NCBI GenBank assembly: GCA_051362555.1
Contig: CM120642.1
Span: 21,762,001 to 21,826,000 of the forward strand
Reading direction: 5' to 3'
Length of the DNA: 64,000 nucleotides
DNA from: Lingula anatina
Lineage: Eukaryota > Animalia > Brachiopoda
A model generated the notes under the pieces. That model did no database searches. It had not been told where the DNA came from and saw only the letters and a list, made by a program, of their open reading frames with translations. The translations under genes were made by a program, and so were the position numbers. Shown here one piece after another: positions 51,801 through 63,200 of this stretch. The stretch's first letter is position 1. Each line of letters begins with the position of its first letter.

Positions 51801-54495
51801 GTGAAAACATAGCCGTACACAGTCATCACAATATATACAAACACATTCAGTAACAAAAGTGAATGAACACAGCAAACAGAATATAAACAGACACATAGTC
51901 ATATATTTGACAACATCATCATTCAGCACAATAGTTATGTTTACAAACAAATAGAGTGACAAAACTGACATACACATTGCTCACAATAAATACAAACACC
52001 AACAGTAATGACACAAATATGAGCAGTAATGTAAATAAATACAAACACAGTCACAATACAGACATACACAGTGATCAGAATAAATTTTGACATGTGCAGT
52101 GACATCACAACTATGCACAGTAACCAGAATGAAGACTAATTAATTTGGTGATAACATAGTCATACACAGTGATCTGTTATGCAGTGAAAACACAGACATA
52201 CACAGTGATCACAATATATATCCAAACACATACAATGACAATAGAGAATGGAAACAGCAATCGGAATATAAACAGCCACATAAACTATGCTTACTGCAAA
52301 ACACCAACATGCACAGTTATAATAATGATTAAAAACATATAGACAGAAAAAACAGACATAAACATTGCTCACAATAAATGCAAACACAAATGGTAACAAC
52401 ACAAACATACACAGTGATCAAAATAAATGTTACCATGAACAGTGATAACAGAAATATGCACAGTTATGAGAATGAACAAGGAAAAAAAGTGAAAACATAG
52501 CCATACAAAGTCACCACAATATATACAAACACATTCAGTTATAATACAGAATAGAAACAGCAAACAGAATATAAACAGACACATAGACGTACATATACTG
52601 CACAATCATACGATGCAGTAATAATTATTATAAACAAATAAAGTGACAAAAAGACAAACACAGTGAGAAGAATACATGCAAACACATTCAGTGACAACAC
52701 AAACATGCACACTGATCAAAATAAATACAAACAAACACAGTCACAATACAGACATACACAGTGATCAGAATAAGTTGACATGGACAGTGACAAGACAACC
52801 ATGTAAAGTAACCAGAATGATCACAAATTAATCCAGTGATCAATGATGGAGTGAAAATACACACATACAATGTGATCATAGTGTATGTGTCTGTTTATTC
52901 CCTGATTGCTGTTTCCATTCTGTTTTGTCATTGTCTGTGTTTGTAAATATATTGTGATCACTTTGTATGTGTTTCTTTTCACTCTATCATTGATCACTGT
53001 GTATGACTGTGTAATCACTAGATTAATTTGTGCTTATTCTGGTTACTTTACATGGTTCTGTTGTCACTGTACATGTTTACTTATTCTGATCACAGTGTAT
53101 GTCTGTATTGTGACTGTGTTTGTTTGTGTTGTCAATTTATTTATTTATAATCATTACTACTGTGCTGAATGATCATGCTGTCAATGTTATATCTATGTGT
53201 CTGTTTACATTCTGTTTGCTGTGTCCTTTCTGTATTGTTTCTGAATGTGTTTGTATATATTGTGGTGACTGTGGATTGCCTTGTTTACACTTTTTCCCCT
53301 TGTGTTCATTCTCATTACTGTGCATGTTATCTCTTTTTCATTTAATATCTATTTTGATCACTGTGTTTGTTTGTGTTGTTACTGTTTGTGGCTGCATGTT
53401 ATCTCTTTTTCATTTAATATCTATTTTGATCACTGTGTTTGTTTGTGTTGTTACTGTTTGTGGCTGCATAAAATTCTGATCACTGTGTAAGTCTGTTTGC
53501 CCATCTATTTGTTTGTAATCATTATCATTGCTGTGCATGTTTGTTTTGTCATTGTTTGTGTTTCTATTTATTGTGATCACTGTATATGTTTGTGTCGTTA
53601 TTGTTCATTTTTGTATTTATTGTGAGCACTGTGCATTTCTGTCACTCTATTTGTTTGTATTCATTTTGATTACTGTGCATGTATATGTTGTCAATGTTTA
53701 TGTTTGTGTTTCTATTGTGATCACTGTAATATTTCATTTGATCAGTGTGTATGTTTGTGTTGTCACTGTTTGTGTTTGCATATGATTCTGATCACTGTGT
53801 AAGTCTGTTTCTCCTATTTGTTGGTTATCATTATCATTACTGTGCATGTTTATCATTACTGTGCATGTTTATTTTGATACTGTTGGTGTTTGTATTTATT
53901 GTGAGCACTGTATATGTAAGTTTTGTCACTCTATTTGTTCGTAATTATTACTATAATAATGGAGTTTTCAATGTATGTTTATGTTTATATTCTGTTTTTT
54001 GTGTCTATTCTATATTGTTACTGAATGTGTTTGTATATATTGTGATGGATGTGTACAACTATGTTTTCACTCTTTTCCCTTGTGTTCATTGTCATTATGG
54101 TGCACGTTACTGTTGTCAATATACATATTGATATTTATTTTGATCACTGTGTATGTTAGTGTTGTTACTGTTTGTGTCTGCATTTAATTCTCAGCACTGT
54201 GTAGGTCCGTTTGTCCTTCTACTTGTTTTCAATAATTATCATTGCTGTGCATGTTTGTTTTGACACTGTTTGTCTTTCTATTTATTGTGATCACTGTATA
54301 TGTTTGTGTTGTTAATGTTTGTGTTTATATTTATTGTGAGCAATGTTTATGTCAGTTTTTTCTTTCTATATGTTTTAAATCATTATTATAACTGTTCATG
54401 TTGGTGATGTTGATGTAAGCATAGTTTATGTGTCTGTTTATATTCCTATTGCTGTTTCCATTCTCTATTGTCATTGTATGTGTTTGTATATATAT

Positions 54496-54609
54496 TAAAT
54501 AAGTACACTGTACTATTTGTCTTTAAGCGTTTATTGGTCCAACTTGACAATGATCGCTATCTGAAACAGAAGATAAATTACTTAAGTCTACATGAATAAT
54601 AATCCTATA
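54496..54609 (-). repeat. 3' LTR (114 bp)
   Basis: Direct repeat of 59653-59766; preceded on the sense strand by PPT GGGAGGAGA (54610-54618). Confidence 0.93.
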
Positions 54610-54759
54610 TCTCCTCCCAAGTCTTTAGGTTCACTGATCAGTCAGTGGAAAGACTGAAATGTTTCAATGATCCATGAGAGGTCACTAGTGTTTGAAAACA
54701 AGTAAACTACAAAGTAACAGTTAAACTGAATATGCAAATGACAACAGGAATTCAAATGT

Positions 54760-57700
54760 TTATGACAGTTCATAGTCTTTTTGCCAAGCTGGGGGTCGAG
54801 TGGCATGAGTGGAGCGTCTAGGTTGATCCATGGTAAGAGGCTGTGACATTCCAGGTTGACTATCCACTGTCCTTGGGCGTGGAGTGGTGCAAACACGTGT
54901 GCTAACACTGACTGGCCTAGGTGGTGATGCATTCCCCAAAGGTAAAATACAGCGCTTTGGGGTGACGGTCCCTTTGGATGGCGTATCTGTGGAGGGTGAG
55001 GGTGTGTTGAACAGTTGAGGAATGGGTGGCGCAGTCAATGACGGCAGGGTTTCACACTGCGTTTGTGTGTCATGAGACTGTGGGGTAGCCTTGGCCTTAG
55101 GTGTTGCAGGTAGGCCAGGGATTTCTTCCTTGCGTTCCTCCTGATCAGTGGCAACCTTGGCAGGGAGTGTTGGAACAGAGCCAGGGATTTCCTTCCTTGT
55201 CTCCTGATCAGCTACAAGTTTGGCAAGTGGTGGAGTAGCATGCGGAAGCTGAAGATCAAGATCTATGGTCTGGATTGGTGTGGGTTGCAGGACAGGTGTG
55301 TAACGCTGGAGGAATTTCCTGTTCCGTAATGTAACTCGTCCCGAGCCATCTACTCTCACAACATATTGATCAAACTGCCGTACTTCAACTACGGTCCCAG
55401 TCTTGTCCCACAGGGGGTGAGGGCCTGTCTGGTTCTGGATTCGGACACGATCCCCTACTGCAAGGGGCACGAGTCTCTTGGTGTGCTCCGTAAGGCGTTC
55501 TGCCATCTTCATATGGCGATTTCTGAGCACTTCCTCCCTAGCCTTAAGGGTCTCTTGCCAAGTGGTGTGTGGTTTATATCTTCCCGGTGGAATGGGGATG
55601 AAATCACGGATAGGGTGCCCGAAGACGCACATTGAGGGTGAGAATTTGGTGTCTCTGTCTGGGGTGTTCCTGTACTGAAGCATAGCACACTGAAAGCTGT
55701 CCGTGTCCAGGTCACCACTGGGGCTGGTATTGTCTGTGATGAGGCGTTTTACTGTCTTAACCCCAACTTCAGCATGACAGTTACTATGGGGAAAGGCTAC
55801 TGATGACATACGATGATGTACACCCCAATCAGAAAGAAACTTCTTGGTGGCAGTTGATGTGAACTCCGGTCCCCCATCTGAGGATAGCTCATTGGCTATG
55901 CCAAAGGTGACAAATGTCCGTCGAAGAGAAGCTATCAGGCCAGCCGCTCCTTGGGATGCTCTCTCCACAATCGGCCAGTTGGAATAACGATCAACAATGA
56001 CAAGGTAGTTATTACCCATGTAGTGGAAGTAGTCAGCACAGTTGCACTGGAATGGGTAGTCAGGATACATCAATGGTGTCGGAGGGGCACTCGGTTGGGA
56101 GGGGGTCATGCGGTTGCAGTGGTTACAACCTGTTCTGGTGGATATTATATCGGGTGTAATGCCAGGCCAGAAGACTGAGGACTCGGCTCTGGTTATCATA
56201 GAGGAGATCCCCTGATGGGCGCTGTGCAATGTAGAGAGGACGTCTTGCCTTAATGCAGGTGGGATGACTACACGGTCTCTATACAACACAACTCCGTCGA
56301 TTGTGCTGAGGTCCTCCTTGAACTGATTATTACTCGCGAAGCTTGATGGGGAACTCTTGGCGGCTCTCTGGCAGACCTGAGATTATTAAGTCTACTAGCA
56401 TAGCCATATCTGCATCACTTGTGGTTGCTGTGTGTACTCTGTCCCAGGTCACTGATTTCAAGGTGATGGATGCAAGAGAGGATGTAAGTGCAGAGATCAT
56501 GTTTTCCTCCATGGGGATGTGATTGGGGGCAGGGGATCTGATTTGAGACAGAGGGTGATGTTGGCTGACAGTAGCAACGTCATCAGGGAGTGGGAGCTTA
56601 TCTGGATCTCCTGTGGGATGACGAGATACGCAATCTGCAGCAAGGTGTTTGAACCCACGTATATGTACCGTCTGGAAGCGGTATCTGAGGGTCTTCTCCT
56701 TCAAGTTTCTTAGGCGGGGGTTGTTGATATCATCAAGGGACCTGCCGCTAAAGACCTTCAGTAATGGCTTGTGGTCAACTGCAATGATGAGGTCGTGACA
56801 TCCAAGGACAGAGTACCTTGTCTTGTTCAGAGCATCAGCAACAGCTAGGGCTTCACCCTCGATGGGGGCATATCGCGATTCAGCAGAGTGGGTGAAACGG
56901 CTGCCTACAAGAGTAATCTTCCATCCAGATGGGCAGCAGAATGGTCGGATAGGCTGGCAAGAGCAATGCTTCTGTAAGAGCCAGAACCCAATTCCATTTT
57001 TGGACCAGTCAGTTGCAAGGCATGTGCGCCTGGACTTGTCAAATATTCGGACCCCCTCTTCAATTTCCTTGGAGATGACAGCCTTGGATTCTTCGAAGAA
57101 ACTGTTGAGATCCTCGTCCCATCTGAAGGGCATTCCAGGTTGAAGAAGACATCTAAAGGGAAGCATTTTGTCTGCCATGCTGAAGGCATATGATACCTGG
57201 TTGACCAAACCAAACCATGATCGCACATCAGTGATGTTTCGAGGGGTGGGAAAGTCCAAGATGGCCTGAAGGTACTTGGAACTGGGCTTGACACTTTCCA
57301 GGGTAATGTCAAATCCTGCAAATTCCACCTCATCTTGTGCGAAAACAAATTTCTTTGGGTTCAGGGTGATGCCATGTCTACCACAGATGTCTAACCACTC
57401 TACGGCTTTGAAGAAACTCCCCTCTATTGAGCTGGACCAAAGTAGGACATCATCGACACATTTGGTTTTGTTGGTTATGTGCGAGACAATTTCGTCGTAT
57501 CTCCTGGTGTACCCATCACCTGAAGCAATGTACCCTTGCAACCTTGTATCAGTATCTGCCCCAGGGTGTGATAAACGTTGTGAGATGGCGATCCTCCTCA
57601 CGAATGGGTACACTGTGGTATCCATTCCAAGCATCCAGAACTTTCTTTTTCTTGCCTTGGGGCACAGCCCTGGCTTGGTGAAAAGGAGAAGGGGTGTGGT

Positions 57701-59627
57701 GGGTCTCTCGTGTAGCATATGCATTCAGAGCCTGTAGATCAACTGTGCGGCGTAGCCTGCCATTGTTCTTCGCACATACAACCATGCGGTGGCACCAGGT
57801 GACTGGCTCGCCAATTGGGACTGGTTCGATGACCCCTAGTCTGACATCTTGGTCAAGTCCTGCTTTCACTTCTTCCTGCCAGTGAAGTGGGACTGGTATT
57901 GGAGTGTGATAGGCTACTGGTGCCGCAGAAGGGTCTACCATCAATTTCATTGGCGGGCTGTCCATAAGGGGCAAGGGCTGATGATCACATATATTAAATG
58001 TACTGGACCTGTAATAGTCCAGAAGGTATTCTTTCAGTCACCCACATTTCTGTTCCGTCGCAGGGAAAGGCAGCTTGGTTGGAGGCGGGGGAGGTGGTTG
58101 ACGTTTGGGGCAAGTGCATGTGTGTTGGGCATCAGCACCACATGCTGTAAGGGTAATGTCAGGAAACACGATGCCAAGTGCAATACATGCCTCCCTGCTG
58201 ATAAAGAGCTTGTCAGAGCTGTCGGTGACATAAGTCATCTGTCTTGTTTCCACCGGTTTGCCAGATGGGCCCCTCCCAGCATAGCGAAGTATAGTTGCTC
58301 CAAGAATGTTGATGCCATTGTTGACAGCAGTGTGCATCTTCATAGTGACTGGGATCAGGGCCTGTCGCTTCAAGCCTAGACGTTGCATTACCTTAATGCC
58401 AGCAAGGCAGCTCTGACAACCAGTGTCAGCCATTGAGGGATGTTCTATTGGTGTGGCCGAGGATAGAAGGCTGAAGCCTAGCTCTCTGTAATCATCTGCA
58501 CAGACCGTGATTCTGAGGTTGACGAACGGTTGTGGTTTGGAAGCTCTTCGCACCCACGTGTCATTCAATTGATCATAGATATGATGATCTAAAGCAATGG
58601 CCCTGCCTTTTGTATGTTGTGTTGTGATGGTGACAGAGCAGAGCAATTCAAATACTGCGCCTTCACAGTCATCTGCCTCATGACAGGAAGTAGTCTTCTG
58701 GCTCGGCTTGGGTTTGTCTTTGCTACAGCACACTATTTCTAGGTGGTGGTATCGAGTGCAGGTCTGGCATTTGTGTCCAAAGGCGGGGCAATCTCTCTTA
58801 CGAATGCGTAGAGGAGCAGCCTTGCCATGGCCAGTTTTTCCGCAGTAGCCACAGGGGTCCTGGGGTGGTTTTTCGGCAGGGGTGGAGGTCTCTTTTTTCT
58901 TGCGTCGGTAAGTGCTACCGATGGCCTCAGCTGCTTGGGATTCTTGTAAGCGAGATGCAGAGCGCTTCCCTGCTTCTTTTGCTTCCACAAATTGGAGGAC
59001 TTCCTCCAGTGTCATGTCCTGGTTCTTATCCCCTAAAAGGTCTATTTGGATCTCAGAGTCTGCTAGTCCACGGGTTAGAACATCACGGGTCATCTCCTCC
59101 ATGTAGCTTACAGCAGTGTTGCAAATGGGGCATGAGACAGAAAATTTGCACACTCCTGCCTGGCCTTTTAGACGGGCTCCATAGTTGCGGACAGGTTCAT
59201 CTCTGTCTTGGCGCATGTTCTGTAGTGTCACTCTAGCCACCATTGTGTTCTCTGTGCGTACCGCTAATGCTTTGATTGCGGCCATCACCTCATCAACAGA
59301 TTTGTTTGCAAGGCTCCCACCTGCTGTCCTAGTTAGGTCTTTTCGCAAGGGGTCATCACAACATTTCAGCAATTGGATAACCCTGTCTTTGCCAGCTATT
59401 TTTGTTGCATCAGCATATTCTGTCCATCTGGACTGAAAGTATGACCACTCTTCGCTGGTACCGCAGGCTGATATTGTGGGCCGCTTGGCTTTCTCCACTT
59501 TGGCTGCAGTAACAGGAGCGTTGGTATGAACAGAGCTGTGTGTGGTGAGTAGGGCTGCTACGATAGTGGCGTCAAGGTCATCTGTGGTGTAGTCACAGCC
59601 TTCTATTGGACACTGGACTGCCGGCAT
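54760..59627 (-). pseudogene. Gypsy gag-pol, disrupted near 58040, 57550 and 56330
   Basis: Gag with twin zinc knuckles (CGYCGKTGH..., CQTCTRYHHLEIVC), protease ADTG, RT (LDAWNGYHSVP, QGYIASGDGY, KCVDD), RNase H (TDWSK, YAPIEGEALA, DHKPL), integrase (HSAHQG..CNHC, ADYF, SDGGPEF, AEVGV), then a Pro/Thr-rich tail. Confidence 0.93.
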
Positions 59628-59640
59628 GCTGTCAGGTATG

Positions 59641-59652
59641 AGATAGCGATCA
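59641..59652 (-). promoter_or_regulatory. Primer-binding site complementary to the element's own LTR
   Basis: Sense TGATCGCTATCT directly after the 5' LTR is the exact reverse complement of AGATAGCGATCA at 59719-59708 in the LTR; it lacks the TGG of a tRNA PBS. Confidence 0.8.
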
Positions 59653-59766
59653 TAAATAAGTACACTGTACTATTTGTCTTCAAGCGTTTATTGGTCCAAC
59701 TTGACAATGATCGCTATCTGAAACAGAAGATAAATTACATAAGTCTACATGAATAATAATCCTATA
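59653..59766 (-). repeat. 5' LTR (114 bp)
   Basis: Sense TATAGG...ATTTA; contains AATAAA (59692-59687). Confidence 0.93.
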
Positions 59767-59779
59767 TTTATTGTGATCA

Positions 59780-59782
<3 letters not shown>

Positions 59783-59851
<69 letters not shown>
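59783..59851. repeat. (TA)n microsatellite at a satellite orientation switch
   Basis: Pure TA run, followed by a short tandem tggcttacacagtttt repeat (59882-59921). Confidence 0.95.
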
Positions 59852-59853
<2 letters not shown>

Positions 59854-59918
59854 AAGTTTGGCATAGTCAAACGTTTATTTATGGCTTACACAGTTTTGGC
59901 TTACACAGTTTTGGCTTA

Positions 59919-60204
59919 CAGTTGGCCTCTTTGCAACCCCACAATTTGAAATATGTGCACTATTTGTGTGGCATTATAATTTTAATGTAGATACTTCTGG
60001 CGCACACATAATGTTTATATCATCTATCAACATAATTCAGTGTTTATTAATAATACGCTTTATTTCTTTTATTAATGGGACTTCTAATAAAAGCGGCCAT
60101 CATCGGCCAAATTTCAAACATCATACTTGAGTTTGTTCCATTCTTTTAAAGGACTGATCCTAGTTCTAACATCAGCTTAGATCAAGGAGACATAAATATA
60201 TATA
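59919..60204. mobile_element. Unclassified interspersed repeat, copy 2
   Basis: Homologous to 45088-45338, same orientation, same terminus. Confidence 0.7.
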
Positions 60205-63200
60205 CCAACACAGACAACGACAAAACGGAATGGAAACAGCAATCAGGGTATAAACAGACACATAAACTATGCTTACAGCAACAACACCAACATGCACGTT
60301 CATAATAATGATTAAAAACATATAGACTTAAAAAACTGCTTACAGATTGCTCAAAATAAATATAAACACAAAGAGTGACAACACTAATATGCACATTAAT
60401 CAAATTAATTATGTGCAGACACAAACAATTATGACACAATCATACACAATGATCAAAATAAATATTAACATGTGAAGTGACAAGAGTAACATGCACCGTA
60501 ATAAGAATGAACACAAGGAAAAAGAGTGAAAACATGGCCGTACACAGTCATCACTATATATACAAACACATTCAGTAGCAATATTGAATAGACACAGCAA
60601 ACAGAATATAAACAGACACATAGTCACACATTGACAACACCATCATTCAGCGCAATAGTAATGTTTACAAACAAAAAGAGTGACAAAACTGACTTACGCA
60701 TTGCTAACAATAAATACAAACACCAACAGTAATGACACAAATATGAATAGTAATGTAAATAAATACAAACAAACACAGTCACAATACAGACATACAAAGT
60801 GATCAGAATAAATTTTGACATGTACAGTGACAACAAAACCATACATAGTAACTAGAATGAAGAATAATTAATTAGGTGATAGCACAGTCATACACAGTGA
60901 TCAGTGATGGAGTAAAAACACAGACATACACAGTGATCACAATATATATACAAACACATACAATGACAATACAGAATGGAAACAGCAATTGGAATATGAA
61001 CAGACACATAAACTATGCTTACATCAACATCACCAACATGAACAGTTATAATAATGATTTAAAACATATAGACAGAAAAAACTGACATAAACATTGCTCA
61101 CAATAAATATAAACACAAACATTAACAACACAAACATATACAGTGATCACAATAAATAGAAAGACAAACAGTGTCAAAACAAACATGCACAGCAATGATA
61201 ATTATTGAAAACAAGTAGAAGGACAAACAGACCTACACAGTGCTGAGAATTAAATGCAGACACAAACAGTAACAACACTAACATACACAGTGATCAAAAT
61301 AAATATCAATATGTATATTGACAACAGTAACGTGCATCATACACATGACAATGAACATAAGGGAAAAGAGTGAAAACATAGTTGTACACATCCATCACAA
61401 TATATACAAACACATTCAGTAACAATATAGAATAGACACAAAAAACAGAGTATAAACAAAAACATAAACATACATTGAAAACTCCATTATTCAGCGCAAT
61501 AGTAATGATTACGAACAAATCAAGGGACAAAACTGACCTATAAAGTGCTCACAATAAATACAAGCACCAATTGTAATGATGCAAACATATACAGTGATCA
61601 CAATGAATACAAACTTAAACATTGACAACATATACATGCACAGTAATCGAAATGAATACAAACAAATAGAGTTACAGAAATGCACAGAGCTCACAATAAA
61701 TACAAAAACGAACAGTAACGACACAAACATATACAGTGATCACAATAAATAGAAACACAAGCAATGACAAAACAAACATGCACAGCAATGATAATGATTA
61801 CAAACAAATAGATGGGCAAACAGACTTACACAGTGATCAGAATTTTATGCAGCCACAAACAGTAACAACACAAACAAACACAGTGATCAAAATAGATATT
61901 AAATGAAAAAGAGATAACAGTAACATGCACAGTAATGAGAATGAACACAAGGGAAAAAAGTGTAAACAAGGCGATACACAGTCATCACAATATATACAAA
62001 CACATTCAGTAGCAATACAGAAAAGACACAGCAAACAGAATATAAACAGACACATAGACATAACATTGACAGCATAATCATTCAGCACAGTAGTAATGAT
62101 TATAAATAAATAAATTGACAACACAAACATGCACAGTAATCAAAATAAATACAAACAAACACAGTCACAATACAGACATACACTGTGATCAGAATAAGTA
62201 AACATGTACAGTGACAACAGAACCATGTAAAGTAACCAGAATAAGCACAAATTAATCTAGTGATTACACAGTCATACACAGTGATCAATGATAGAGTGAA
62301 AAGAAACACATACAATGTGATCACAATATATTTACAAACACAGACAATGACAAAACAGAATGGAAACAGCAATGGGAATATAAACAGACACATAAACTAT
62401 GCTTACAGAAACAACACCAACATGCACATTTATAATAATGATTTGTCATTAAAATATATACAAACACATTCAGAAACAATAGTGAATAGACACAGCAAAC
62501 AATTTATATAAACAGACACATAGTCATACATTGACAACACCATCATTCAGGGCAATAGTAATGTGACAAAACTGGCAAACACATTGTTCACAATAAATAC
62601 AAACACCAACAGTAATGACATAAACATGAACAGTAATGTTAATAAATACAAACAAACACAGTCACAATACAGACATACACAGTGATCAAAATAAGTTGAC
62701 ATGTACAGTGATGACACAACCATGTAAAGAACACAGTGACCGGAATATGTGCAGACACAAACAGTAACAACACAAACATACACAGTGATCAAAATGAATA
62801 TAAACATGTACATTGATAATAGTAATGTGCACTGTGATTAGAATAAACACAAGGAAAAAGTAAAACCATAGCCGTACACAGTCATCACAATATATATAGA
62901 AACACATTCAGTAACAATACATAATAGACACAGCAAACAAAATATAAACAGAAACATAGCCATACATTGACAACACAATAAATACAAACACAGACAGTGA
63001 CAGCACTAACGTGGACAGGAATCAAAATAAATTTAAACAAATAGAGTGACAGAAATGACATACACAATGCTCACAATAAATACAAACACCAACAGTAATG
63101 ACGCAAACATATACAGTGATCACAATAAATAGAAAGACAAACAGTGTCAAAACAAACATGCACAGCAATGATAATTATTGAAAACAAGTAGAAGGACAAA

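Larger units (their letters stand above)
54496..59766 (-). mobile_element. Full-length Ty3/Gypsy LTR retrotransposon (no chromodomain seen; putatively self-priming)
   Basis: 114-bp LTRs differing at 2 positions, PPT, domain order gag-PR-RT-RH-IN, flanks TATAT and TTTAT (probable 5-bp TSD with 1 mismatch). Confidence 0.95.

Noticed and set aside
55366-59436. Plus-strand and alternative-frame ORFs in the retrotransposon
   Set aside because: Antisense or out-of-frame shadows of gag-pol with no recognisable domains, and no env-like ORF.
59641-59652. Mutated tRNA PBS (TGG to TGA)
   Set aside because: The A is matched by the complementary base in both LTRs and I recognise no tRNA 3' end here; a database check is still needed.
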